A DNA stretch of 63,005 nucleotides, counting the filler, from Bdellovibrionales bacterium RIFOXYD12_FULL_39_22 (GTDB lineage Bacteria; Bdellovibrionota; Bacteriovoracia; Bacteriovoracales; Bacteriovoracaceae), in the NCBI GenBank assembly GCA_001770205.1. It is 8 parts of 8 records of this genome, joined end to end, with 100 filler letters (N's around TTAATTAATTAA, not from the genome) between each part and the next. Parts side by side here need not be neighbours in the genome. Positions count along the whole stretch, not along the records: positions 43,085 to 51,055 come from MEQL01000022.1; positions 51,156 to 57,072 come from MEQL01000024.1; positions 57,173 to 63,005 come from MEQL01000026.1; 5 more parts are not named here. One strand, 5' to 3'. Positions within the stretch are counted from its first letter, which is position 1; each line of letters opens with the position of its first letter. Position numbers and translations under genes: made by a program. The notes beneath the pieces were generated by a model that saw nothing but the letters and a program-made list of their open reading frames with translations, searched no databases and was not told the origin of the DNA. This document shows, in pieces, positions 50,176 to 60,135 of this stretch.

Positions 50176-50626
50176 TTCAATAAAATAGTCCGGGCCAATT
50201 TTTTATCGCACAACACCCCAAAAATAACTTCACAGTCACTGGCGGATAGTGAGCAATGCTCAGGAAGGCGAGCTTTTCTGAGCAAGATCACAAAGACAAA
50301 GAAATAACGGGCGCGGCTCAAATGTTTAATATTAATTTGGGATGAAATTTCGCAGTATGGGGGGGGTTGTCTTGAGGTCGGTTTTAATTATTATATTTGT
50401 CTTAATCATGGATTTTCATTCAGCCAATAAAGTATCCCCAAACAGCGCATAAAAACTCAATCTCCTTCTCAAATAGACATCAATTCGACGATGTGGTGTA
50501 TCTGCTTCAGTACAATAAAAAACCATTTTTATAAATCCAAGTTTCTTCATTATTTTCATAAACCTCGATAATCACTGAACTGTGCTTCAAAAAGTTTTTT
50601 AGATGTTAAGACACTTCTACTTAATT

Positions 50627-50900
50627 CTAAAATTTTGTCCCATATTTTTTTCCATGTTTTTGCCTATAGAATAATGTTCTTTTTAATGTTCGACCTCTCT
50701 CGTCAATCCGCTTTTCCATTTCCGTTAACATTAGAAAAAACTTAAGCATTTGATCACAAAGGGCATCATCATCTTCGCTGTGTATTTTAAATGGCCTTCG
50801 AGCGTGAGCTGAACAACCGGCAAAAAGGATATCAAAGCGCGAGGCCAGTAAAGCACTTGGCTTATTCCAAGCGGCCAAATCGCCCTGTAAAAATATATTT
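50627..50900 (-). pseudogene. IS66 TnpC-like transposase fragment
   Basis: AGCSAHARRPF motif. Confidence 0.6.
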
Positions 50901-50941
50901 CACTTGAGGGATCATCTTCATTGGAACGGCCAGCGATACAG

Positions 50942-51055
50942 AACGACTCTTTCGCTGGATATTTTTTTATTTCGCTCTTTGTCTTCTGCGGTGAGCGGAT
51001 TTTTTTTAGATTTTTTCTTGGGTATTTCTGAATTTTTATGTAGTTTTTGTATGCC
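50942..51055 (-). pseudogene. IS5-family (ISL2-like) transposase fragment
   Basis: Minus strand reads GIQKLHKNSEIPKKKSKKNPLTAEDKERNKKISSERVV. Confidence 0.7.
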
Positions 51056-51205
51056 NNNNNNNNNNNNNNNNNNNNNNNNNNNNNNNNNNNNNNNNNNNNT
51101 TAATTAATTAANNNNNNNNNNNNNNNNNNNNNNNNNNNNNNNNNNNNNNNNNNNNAAGGTTACCTAGTGGCTAAAGAAGAATTTGGCGGAAATTAAAAAA
51201 AATCA

Positions 51206-51667
51206 CTAAATAAATGTGGGTTTAGATAAGGTTCCAATTCCTCTATATAAATAAACCACTCCATTTTGCAGCTCAGGTTGGTTTTTTTCGTTAATAAATT
51301 GATAACTACCATGCTGAATAAAAATATTCTTATCCTCATGTTCGTAAATAGCAACTGGCGCAGCCACTTTTGTCTGAAAGATTTGGCCATTTTCTCGGTA
51401 CACACAACTACTCACTCCCATTCGACAATTATTCCAAAAGGCAAAAAGTGGCCCAATGGTGAGATCTCTAAAATTATATCCAAAATACCTATGCTCTCTT
51501 TTGTTAATTTTCTCGTTAAAAATATCCGGAATAATCCAAGTATACTGGAAATAATAATCTCGATCCGGTGGTGATTCTGGAGTATATGCAAGAGAGCCAT
51601 GGGCCGCCAACCATGGCACAATCGTTGTTTCGGTGATTAGCGTTGAAGTGGAAAATTTTTTATTCAC
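51206..51667 (-). CDS. Hypothetical protein, possibly truncated
   Basis: 153-aa ORF; VYLYRGI motif near the end. Confidence 0.5.
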   Translation of the reverse strand: MNKKFSTSTLITETTIVPWLAAHGSLAYTPESPPDRDYYFQYTWIIPDIFNEKINKREHRYFGYNFRDLTIGPLFAFWNNCRMGVSSCVYRENGQIFQTKVAAPVAIYEHEDKNIFIQHGSYQFINEKNQPELQNGVVYLYRGIGTLSKPTFI

Positions 51668-51681
51668 AATTGATTAATAAT

Positions 51682-52050
51682 CTATGCCGCTTTTAAGTCA
51701 ATTAGAATTTCACTATAATCAACAGTAGGTGTCTTAACTTCACGGCCATCAACCACCTTTCGTTTCACAGATATTGCTCCGGCCTCTTCCAAAAATATGA
51801 TAATCTTATTTAAGTTAGATAGATCCATTCCCATCAACTGGGCAAGTTCGTATACAGAATTTGGTTTATACGCAATGATCGCTGATAATATGAAAATATT
51901 TCTAGCAAACTTTTCGAAACGTTCTCTACTATCAAATGATATTTCATAGTGTGGTTCTTTGATTTTCTTTGCTTTAGCCTTTTTTAAAGCTTTTTTAAAA
52001 TCATCCATTACCTCGGAAGAATTTTTAAGTGACACAACTAATTTCTTCAT
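51682..52050 (-). CDS. Putative antitoxin, wHTH (HVO_A0114/TumA-like)
   Basis: PNSVYELAQLMGMDLSNL..L..AG; coupled to the DUF6516-like gene. Confidence 0.7.
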   Translation of the reverse strand: MKKLVVSLKNSSEVMDDFKKALKKAKAKKIKEPHYEISFDSRERFEKFARNIFILSAIIAYKPNSVYELAQLMGMDLSNLNKIIIFLEEAGAISVKRKVVDGREVKTPTVDYSEILIDLKAA

Positions 52051-52337
52051 AACTTTACCCCCAAATTATCTAGAACCAATTTTTTAAAATCATCAATCAA
52101 TTTGTCTGTCGTATTAAAATCATATGACATTTCGTTATCGTCAATATGAACGTGATGCCCCTTGGGACTGTGATTATCTATTAATATTTTCTTCATCGTT
52201 TTTTTATCTACACAAATAAGGCTATACTTGATTCCGCCAGGATAGCTACGAGAAACACCAACATCATAGATGATTATCTCAGTAATAAAGCGTCCTTGAA
52301 TTTCTGCTTTTTGTCGATATATTAACTTTGCCTTCAT
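52047..52337 (-). CDS. DUF6516/TumE-like putative toxin
   Basis: YPGGIKYSL, DNHSPKGHHVH, LIDDF. Confidence 0.75.
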   Translation of the reverse strand: MKAKLIYRQKAEIQGRFITEIIIYDVGVSRSYPGGIKYSLICVDKKTMKKILIDNHSPKGHHVHIDDNEMSYDFNTTDKLIDDFKKLVLDNLGVKL

Positions 52338-52799
52338 GCTGGTTGAATTATACCAGTATTGTATAGAAAATACCAGCTTTAATAATTTATACCGTGGCAA
52401 AATATTGGAAAGGAATGCGAACAGGAATTAAAATGCTGCTAACAACACCCATCAATTATTTATCACGGTATCCTTGAGTTTGTCGGAATAACCGACAAAC
52501 TGCTACAAAAAACAATCTCAATCTCTGGTGGGATTAAGCAACATAGAGCATTTATAAAATTGTTATATGTCACCAGATTAGTAAAGATCGTCCTATAAAA
52601 AATTTATCTGTGCAGGAGGAGACATTTATATCGAAAAATGTCCATTCCCGCCGAGGAATGAAATCTTCGCTAGTCGCTACATAGTTTTCAAAAATGAAAA
52701 AAACCTTTTACTTTGAGAAAATTAATTGAAACTCTGGGTCAAACTGTTCTACTTATCAATCGTTCGATTAGTACCTCCTAATCGGTTTGCATGTGTACC

Positions 52800-52826
52800 A
52801 ATTCTGCAGACACTGTCTGTCAAATT
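52800..52826. repeat. Free-standing imperfect 27-bp palindrome of the YhcG type
   Basis: AATTCTGCAGA-CACTG-TCTGTCAAATT. Confidence 0.55.
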
Positions 52827-53036
52827 CAACCAGTGTTCTTATTTAAGAACACCAAGAACACATTTATTCTAGAATTGGAACACCCTCAAAAATCTCTCAC
52901 TTAATAAATTTAATAAGATGGCCATTTTGGAGAGCAAAACAGATTGGCAACGCAATTGCTTTAGTGGATGCCGTGAAGATGGAATTTTTTATCAAGCAGA
53001 GGCTACTTTATCGGTAACTGCATATGGGAGGTTAAT

Positions 53037-53858
53037 ATGAAAGCGCATGATGATTTATTGGATAAAACATCTGCTAATGAGTTTTTACGGGAGTGTCTTA
53101 AGCAATTGAAGGAAGATGCCGGTGGCGTTACCACTATCCATCTTTCCAGAAAACTTGGAATACCCAATTCTACTCTCGGTAGAATCGAAAATCGCGAAGT
53201 TGAAACACCCGATTTTAACAACGCACTGAAGATTGTTCGGGCCAAATGCAAGGAGGACGCGGTAATTAAATTTATCAATAAGTTCTATCCGCAGATGGCA
53301 ACAACATTCAAAGCAGTCTATGCCGGCAACTCAGAAGTCCCGTTTGTTTCAATGAATGTAGAACCATTTTTTGAGGATATCAGCACCTATGAGTTTATGC
53401 TGCTGGCCTCGACAAAAATGAAGATTACGGAAGAGATGATTTTCAATAACTACGGCAAGCGTGGATTGGCCAAAGTTCATGAGCTTTTAGAACAAGGTGT
53501 ACTAAAAAAGCGCGGCGATGCCATTCTTCTTGCAAGCAGCAACATCAATGCTGGCCAAGAAGTGGTTCACCGCCTATTTCAAAATTTAATAACACACAAC
53601 TACGATGTGACCGCATTTGGCGATAAAGAAAACTGGCTTTCGCTACAATACGAATCAGTCGACAAGGAAGTAGTTATGCCAGCAATGTTGAAAGTTTTGA
53701 GAGAGGCAAATCAAAAAATCCGTGAGATTTTGCAAGCGCCCTCATCGAGAGGGAATGATGTTGTGTGGGCAGGACTTTCAGCCGATACCATCGACAAACT
53801 TGACCCAATTTACAGACAAGAAAAACAAATATCAATGGCCGTAGGAGGTGCACAATGA
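53037..53858 (+). CDS. HTH regulator, Bdellovibrionota TIGR02147/DUF4423-like architecture
   Basis: LSRKLGIPNSTLGRIEN HTH, central wHTH-like segment, C-terminal alpha/beta domain; GGAGG RBS. Confidence 0.7.
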   Translation: MKAHDDLLDKTSANEFLRECLKQLKEDAGGVTTIHLSRKLGIPNSTLGRIENREVETPDFNNALKIVRAKCKEDAVIKFINKFYPQMATTFKAVYAGNSEVPFVSMNVEPFFEDISTYEFMLLASTKMKITEEMIFNNYGKRGLAKVHELLEQGVLKKRGDAILLASSNINAGQEVVHRLFQNLITHNYDVTAFGDKENWLSLQYESVDKEVVMPAMLKVLREANQKIREILQAPSSRGNDVVWAGLSADTIDKLDPIYRQEKQISMAVGGAQ

Positions 53859-54199
53859 AATTAGTAAATACTGTAGCAACAACTTTAATATTCACATTAG
53901 CATTCAGCACGGTGAGTACAGCAAGTACTGTTAGAGATCAATATTTGGCAATGGATGTAGATAACGTCGTTGACCTAAAGACCGTTGACGGGAATGTGGT
54001 TACCATCGATGAATTACGCGATGGATATTCACAGGTATCAGAAACGAAAGTAGTTGGTCGAAAATTACTTACCAAGCGAAGCGCACCAATTGTTGATATG
54101 CAACTATTTAACGGACAGATTATTGACTTCCAAACTGCTCGAACAATGATGATGGGCGGAGATATGGGAGGCGGCGGTAAAGGTGGCGCAAAGCTCTAG
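53855..54199 (+). CDS. Small secreted protein with Gly-rich C-terminal tail
   Basis: AGGAGG RBS, ATGA overlap, signal peptide, ends MMMGGDMGGGGKGGAKL. Confidence 0.8.
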   Translation: MKLVNTVATTLIFTLAFSTVSTASTVRDQYLAMDVDNVVDLKTVDGNVVTIDELRDGYSQVSETKVVGRKLLTKRSAPIVDMQLFNGQIIDFQTARTMMMGGDMGGGGKGGAKL

Positions 54200-54230
54200 C
54201 TTTTGAGTGAATGTGATTTTGATGTTTTGA

Positions 54231-54285
54231 AAAAGAATGGTCGCGCCGGACCACTAAACAGGCCTAGCGGCGCGGTTCGTTTTTT
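54231..54285 (+). terminator. Rho-independent terminator-like hairpin
   Basis: CGCGCCG/CGGCGCG stem, long loop, T-run. Confidence 0.55.
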
Positions 54286-54419
54286 ATTTAAATATTAAGT
54301 ACATGCGTAGGCATGAAAAAAATTCTTAATCACTCAATAAAATTGTGTATAACTCAGAGATAATATATAGTTCGCAACCAAAATAACGTTGTGTGCAAAA
54401 CCATGATAAGGAGAACAAA

Positions 54420-54698
54420 ATGGGGAACAGTAATAATCTTAGAAAAATTCTTGTATCTGTTTTACTAATGGCAGGTGTTTATTCAACAAATGTTGCCGCC
54501 AACTCATATGTTGAGCAATTAAGTTCTGATGAAATTATTCAAGTGCTCAACGATCTAAAAGCTAGTGGCGTAGATTTCAATATAATTATTTCGACGCAAG
54601 ATGGAGAAAAGTTGGAATACCGCGGAATTGATCCAGCGATATTCCAAAAAATGACAGATAAAAAAATGGGAACACCTGGCGCCTTCGGTTCCAAGTAG
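54420..54698 (+). CDS. 92-aa secreted protein, candidate peptide precursor
   Basis: AAGGAG RBS; signal peptide; ends KKMGTPGAFGSK; 17 nt before the radical SAM gene. Confidence 0.75.
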   Translation: MGNSNNLRKILVSVLLMAGVYSTNVAANSYVEQLSSDEIIQVLNDLKASGVDFNIIISTQDGEKLEYRGIDPAIFQKMTDKKMGTPGAFGSK

Positions 54699-54715
54699 CG
54701 ATAGCGGAACTATTA

Positions 54716-55570
54716 ATGAAATTTGGAATAATGCTTGGGTTTGCCTGCAATGCTCATTGCGAGCATTGCACGACAAGCAGCGGGCCAGGTAACAAGACAC
54801 ATCTAACTGACTTTGAAAAAAGCAAGATTGCATCTTTTTTTAACGAGAATGCAAAACAGATACACAAGGTAGTCTTCTCCGGCGGAGAACCATTTCTATA
54901 CATAGACGATATAAATCAGATCTTAACTTCTTTCACGTCCATCAGCAGTGATTTTCAAGTGGAAGTTATCACTAACGCAATCTTTGCATCATCAGCAGAA
55001 AAATGCGCGAAAGAATTTTCCAGACTAAAGATGGTCAACTCCGTTATAATCTCATATGATGAATTTCACTCGCCGTTTTGCTCCCAACAAAATATTCTAA
55101 CTCTTGTAAAATACTGCAAGGAAAATAACATCAACGTCTGTGCAAGCGTCACCAAGGGATCGTATAAGGCAATCGAATATGTTAAACTTTTTTCTGATCT
55201 AAATGTTGAGAGCCAAGTTACCGATTTCAAATATACAGGAAGAGGAGCTCTGTTAACAAAAAAATATTTCAACGATGCCATACAACCGAACTCTGATATT
55301 TTAGATTCAAAATGTCCGCTAATCAACACCGTAAATTATTTCCCTGGTAAAGGATTTAGTTTTTGCTGCGGGCATCTAATGTTCAACATGGAATACAACT
55401 CCCCCATTAAACGATTTGCTTTTGACTCCTATGCAGACATGATCAGTAGCCATCTCTATCAAGAACTAAAAAATCATAATTTTTCCGAAATACTAGCAAA
55501 AATAAAATGCCCAACCACATATACTAGCGTCTGTGACATTTGCCAGCATTTCTACGAGGAGACTATGTGA
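54716..55570 (+). CDS. Radical SAM enzyme, YydG/EpeE peptide-epimerase-like
   Basis: CNAHCEHC..SSGP, FSGGEPFL, ISYDEFHSPF, CP..FCCG, SVCDIC. Confidence 0.85.
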   Translation: MKFGIMLGFACNAHCEHCTTSSGPGNKTHLTDFEKSKIASFFNENAKQIHKVVFSGGEPFLYIDDINQILTSFTSISSDFQVEVITNAIFASSAEKCAKEFSRLKMVNSVIISYDEFHSPFCSQQNILTLVKYCKENNINVCASVTKGSYKAIEYVKLFSDLNVESQVTDFKYTGRGALLTKKYFNDAIQPNSDILDSKCPLINTVNYFPGKGFSFCCGHLMFNMEYNSPIKRFAFDSYADMISSHLYQELKNHNFSEILAKIKCPTTYTSVCDICQHFYEETM

Positions 55571-56376
55571 AGACAAATGTTGAGTCTGCATCACAAATAT
55601 CGCTACAAGACGGAAAAATCTATTTTGACAACAGCGCAATTAATTCTTTTAAACGCAACTCCATCATCAAACACAAGCACAATCACTATTTCATATTGGA
55701 CAAATCAAGCAATATCAATATCACCTCGCAAATAGAGCTGGTTTTTCAGGAATTACAAATAGACAGGCTCATAATCTCAGCTCCCGATGTTCAATTAGTT
55801 GGAGAGGCGATTAAAGATTATTTTTATGATCACGGCATTTGGTATGTTCAATACAACGGAGAATTTAATTTCAAAAGGCAGGAATTAATTAATATCCCGC
55901 AAGATATAGTTACAATTGAAGAATATCCGAACGGAATTAACGAGCAACAGACAATTGAATATTTAAAGCAACAGTGGAACAAAGACCATTTTACCCCTTA
56001 TATAGTGCCTTGCTCTTCATATGTGGCCAAACAACACTGGGCCCTTTTCGAAAATTTGTTAAAGGATGGACGACATATTTTGTTTCGCCAATCAAATAAC
56101 ATTGTAGGCCACTTGGCATTAATTCCAATGGACGATCCATTTCTCCTTGCCCCCGTTATTGCCATCCATATATGGATAAACTCAGGCTGTCCTGATGATA
56201 TGAGAAAGATGATTCATAAAACCCTTCTTACTAGCGCTGAACAGTGTATTGGCCAATCGTCCGTCGCTTTGCACGCTTCGATTTTTTTGAAAAACTACAG
56301 ATCTTTCAAGTATTTTGTAAAAAACAATTTTAAACCGACATTTTTGTGCATAAAAAAATTTAACAAGGCCCAATGA
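55567..56376 (+). CDS. Hypothetical protein with possible C-terminal GNAT-like fold
   Basis: GTGA coupling with the rSAM gene; IVGHL, HIWI, ASI..KNYRSFKYFVKNNF. Confidence 0.6.
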   Translation: MKTNVESASQISLQDGKIYFDNSAINSFKRNSIIKHKHNHYFILDKSSNINITSQIELVFQELQIDRLIISAPDVQLVGEAIKDYFYDHGIWYVQYNGEFNFKRQELINIPQDIVTIEEYPNGINEQQTIEYLKQQWNKDHFTPYIVPCSSYVAKQHWALFENLLKDGRHILFRQSNNIVGHLALIPMDDPFLLAPVIAIHIWINSGCPDDMRKMIHKTLLTSAEQCIGQSSVALHASIFLKNYRSFKYFVKNNFKPTFLCIKKFNKAQ

Positions 56377-57010
56377 TGAAACTTAAAAGGTTATTAACTT
56401 CAATCTGCGCTGCCTGTATATTTTCTAATTTCAGTTTTTCTGCCGAACAAGTTTACAGCGTTGTATTGGTTGATATTCCTAAGTCAGTGCATCCAAAAGA
56501 TGGGATGATAAATCACATTTCTTTTATCCTCAAGCAATTACATGAACCTCTTTTTACCTACGATAGCAGCGGTTATAGATCGAATGTTTTATCTAGCTGG
56601 CAAACAAATGAAGCTCGCACCGAATACACCATGTGCCTGAAGAAAGGCCTGCAATATTCTGATCGAACCGTGGCCACGCCCGATGATCTTTATCAAGACC
56701 TGAAATATTTTAGTAAAATGAATTATTTTACCAGTATACTGACTAACATCTCACCCCCCAAGCAAAGATGGCTGCGTAAAATTGCAATTTAAGGACCCAT
56801 ACAACACACTTGTGCGAGATCTACAATACTACACCACTCCACTTCTTCGGCCATCTACAATTACCTCTGACTCGCCGACCGGAGTATCGCCATATCGAAT
56901 TTTAACTATTACGGGAGACACCATCGAGCTTCAACTTGATAGGTCAATGTGTCCTTCATGTAAGTATGACAAGATCAAATTCTATCGTTATGACAAGAAA
57001 CTCAAGCTAG
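56373..57010 (+). pseudogene. ABC peptide substrate-binding protein (family 5), frameshifted and IS-truncated
   Basis: QLHEPLF.Y, L.SW, LKKGLQYSD..T..D, PTGVSPYRI; extra C in the C6 run 56754-56759; IS end at 57007. Confidence 0.75.
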
Positions 57011-57072
57011 TACTGCGACAATTTAATTTTTGCCGGTTTTTACCCTACTTTTTTTGGGCTTAATTCGTTTTA
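57007..57072. mobile_element. Other end of the unidentified CTAG-targeting IS
   Basis: Inverted match to 20542-20578. Confidence 0.65.
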
Positions 57073-57397
57073 NNNNNNNNNNNNNNNNNNNNNNNNNNNN
57101 NNNNNNNNNNNNNNNNTTAATTAATTAANNNNNNNNNNNNNNNNNNNNNNNNNNNNNNNNNNNNNNNNNNNNGGCCTCCCATCGCTGGGCCTCTCCGGGT
57201 TATTGCTAACTTGTTAAATACAGCTTGTGCCTAGCGCACATAAGCTTGAATTAAATTAGCATAATCTATTTTATTTTAAAATGGTTATGTCAAAAAGGTG
57301 TTTCGCTTGAAACCAATACGATTTTAATAATATCGTCGACTTGAAATTTGGTTATTAAAAATAAAGCTCAAAAAACTCTGGCCATGTAATACGGATC

Positions 57398-57440
57398 AAA
57401 AGTAAAACGCTCGTATCCAGACGTCCCTCATACTACCTGG
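57398..57440 (+). repeat. Degenerate intergenic repeat, copy 1 of 4 (others near 58846-58884, 59596-59637, 62531-62589)
   Basis: Shared AAAGTAAAACG..CAAGACGTCCCTCATA..ACCTGG..AAAATGGTTG elements. Confidence 0.6.
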
Positions 57441-57522
57441 TATGCACAAGGTCACTGCTCGTTTTTATTAAACTATCCTTTCTCCATAAGCAACTGATCA
57501 ATTTCGAATTTTTCTTACCGAC

Positions 57523-58617
57523 TTAATTGGTTGTGACCATTGGATCTCGGACATCCCAGAATTGAAAAACCTCTTCTTCCGACCAAGGATAAGGTTTGAT
57601 ATTATCAAACGTAATGGGAAGCGATCGACTAACTAAAAAATCTGGGCCATCCATCAAGTGATAATGCAAATGTGGAGCAGTTGAATTACCTGTGTTCCCA
57701 AGTAAGGCAAGTCGTTGTCCTTTTTTTACTTTATCTCCAATTTTTACCTTGATCGAGTTATATGCACAGTGGGCCAAAAAACTATATTCGTTGTTCTTAT
57801 GCTTGATGATAATTATATTGCCAGCAAGCGCGTGTAATAAACCAAACTTGCTAATTTTATCCTTCGATAGTGGTGGAACGTCTCCCAGTTTTTGGTTTTC
57901 TTCCATTCCATCACTGGCAACAAGAACGATTCCGTCGGCAGGAGCCAGGATTGGCTTTTTAAAGCAAAAATAATCTTCATTTTTTAGACCCTTTCCTTTA
58001 CAAATTTTCCCTTTCTCATCAAAGAGTAAAAAGTCATACCCAAACTCTTGCGAAGCAGCCTGCCGATGATGGCTGGTTCCCGCGGTTGGCCCCAGCAATC
58101 CCCAGGCCGTGCCTCTTAGTGGTAAGCAGTAGCTATTTTTCAAAGAACGCTCTCGCAACGGAAATGATCTGCTTACAGTTTTGTTTTTACTTCCTTCAGC
58201 GTATAGAACTTCAACAACCAATTTAGTAGGCATAATATTTCTTAACGATAAAAACTGATTTCCAATAACAACTCTACTAGACGGCCTTAGCGATGTCGTT
58301 GTCATAACGGGATTAAGTGTTTTTGCGCTTCGAGAGAGCCAAATTTCCACGGATGGCGGGAAGTGTTTAATGGACTTATTTATTTGCGTTGAAAATTTTC
58401 TAATTTCTTCTTTGAGAATCCCTTGCGTTAAATACTGGGTGTGTACTCTATTTTTCCCCCTAACTAAAGTAAGAGAAATCTCTTTAATTTTAATATCGCT
58501 ATTTGAACTATTGTGAAATTCCAGTGCATGAACCATCAGCTCAACAGTGAAGCAGTTAGGGAGTGCCGTACTGTATTTAAATGGAATCAGCGATTTTGAT
58601 AGCAATTTTATCTTCAT
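57523..58617 (-). CDS. M23-family metallopeptidase domain protein
   Basis: SHH..QEFGYDF, ILAPADG.V, AGN.III.H, GNTGNSTAPHLHY; ORF could start at 58698. Confidence 0.88.
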   Translation of the reverse strand: MKIKLLSKSLIPFKYSTALPNCFTVELMVHALEFHNSSNSDIKIKEISLTLVRGKNRVHTQYLTQGILKEEIRKFSTQINKSIKHFPPSVEIWLSRSAKTLNPVMTTTSLRPSSRVVIGNQFLSLRNIMPTKLVVEVLYAEGSKNKTVSRSFPLRERSLKNSYCLPLRGTAWGLLGPTAGTSHHRQAASQEFGYDFLLFDEKGKICKGKGLKNEDYFCFKKPILAPADGIVLVASDGMEENQKLGDVPPLSKDKISKFGLLHALAGNIIIIKHKNNEYSFLAHCAYNSIKVKIGDKVKKGQRLALLGNTGNSTAPHLHYHLMDGPDFLVSRSLPITFDNIKPYPWSEEEVFQFWDVRDPMVTTN

Positions 58618-58956
58618 TTTATTCCCTTGGCATAGTGGAGCGCTCGCATGGCTTCTTGGTAAGATTATATATAACAATAGAATCACTAAATTCGTCAATC
58701 AATGCTTGTCCTATACGGTAATATTTAAATTTCTTGGCGGTAATATTTTTTCATAATCTCTTAGCTGGCCTGGGGAGAGGTGTGCACTTACTTGATATTT
58801 TTAGAGTACCATCAGAGCATACTTGAGTTGAAAGAACGCTCAACTGAAAGTAAAACGGTTTTATTCAAGACGTCCCTCATCTGGAGCATAGTAAGTCTAG
58901 TTGACTGTTTATCAACAAAATCTTGAAGGATCTCGATTATTCAAAATAAAGAGCTA

Positions 58957-59463
58957 CTATTGCCCCGTCCTTTTATTTATCTCAAAAGTCATTATCCAAA
59001 CTTCGCGACCTTCATCATCCAATTTAGTATCGACAACTTTAAAGCCTGCGGTTTCATATATGTGACGCGAGCGATGGTTGTATGTATAAATACCACTAAC
59101 TGTCATTTTTTCATAACCAATCTCTTTTGCTCTATTAACCATCATTCTCAAAACTCTTTTCCCGAATCCTTTTCCTCGAAACTCTTTTTCTCCTATCACT
59201 ATGGGTATGGAATCTTGAGTTATTACAGCATCTCCAACTTGGAACCAATTTCCGCCCCTTAGGACTTCGATAATGTAAACCTCTCCTCGTTTTAGAAAAT
59301 AGTTATACATCCCCATCGTTAAAGTTTTGTCAAACGGCACATCTGACGCTTCTGAAAAATATAGCACTTCGGGGTCGCTATACCATCTCAAAGCATTCTC
59401 AAGGTCTTGCTCTAGATCGATCGGCCTCAATCTTAAATCATTATCTATTATTATATTACTCAT
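58957..59463 (-). CDS. GNAT N-acetyltransferase
   Basis: WYSDPEV, IVIGEKEFRGKGFG, N.RS..YETAGF. Confidence 0.9.
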   Translation of the reverse strand: MSNIIIDNDLRLRPIDLEQDLENALRWYSDPEVLYFSEASDVPFDKTLTMGMYNYFLKRGEVYIIEVLRGGNWFQVGDAVITQDSIPIVIGEKEFRGKGFGKRVLRMMVNRAKEIGYEKMTVSGIYTYNHRSRHIYETAGFKVVDTKLDDEGREVWIMTFEINKRTGQ

Positions 59464-59697
59464 GCTTAATTTTAACATTTGTTATATTAACTTGGAATAT
59501 CAATTAGCTCGAATACCTTCTATACAGACTGTTAAGCTTAGGATTTATACAAAACAAAGATATGAAATAATACTTATAGTTGACTTAAGTGGACCTATGC
59601 AAGACGTCCCCATAATGACAAAAGGCCAAAATGGTTGCATGACACATATCCTTAAAATGTAGCCAGGTGCCTCTCCAGTATTATGCTATTTCATCAC

Positions 59698-60102
59698 TTA
59701 TCTGTTATTTTTATAAATTACTCTAGTCCCAACATGCTCGCAACCATTTTTCATGAAAGTCTTCTGCATAGGGATATTTGACTCTAGAGTTCCTCCCTCA
59801 TAAATGGTTGCCCTGCCCTCAATGAGCATATCGATTGCTTTTTTGTGCAGAGTAACTCCTAATCCTTGCTTTCTAAATTCTTCCAAAAGACAGATATAGC
59901 TAACAATCCCAATTTGACCAAGGTGAATTCTAACTGTAAACATCCCAATAGGAGTACTTCCTTTGTATAAAAGTTGCCATTGCTTTGGATTAAAATCATC
60001 TTGCATGCTAATGGCCTCATTTTTAGAGTTGAAACAATTTGGTGAACCAATTTTCTTCCTAAAAGATTTTAACATTTTCGAGTACTCAATCGACGAATAA
60101 TT
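59698..60102 (-). pseudogene. GNAT protein, C-terminal part cut by IS3
   Basis: EEFRKQGLG, SNIPM..F.KNG; abuts the IS3 end. Confidence 0.7.
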
Positions 60103-60135
60103 TGGAGTGCGGGCGTTTCACTGGAATCGATGTAG

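Noticed and set aside
57173..57239. Group II intron 5' end (minus strand GTGCGC..) at the contig start
   Set aside because: Only 67 nt visible; no domain V or RT to support it
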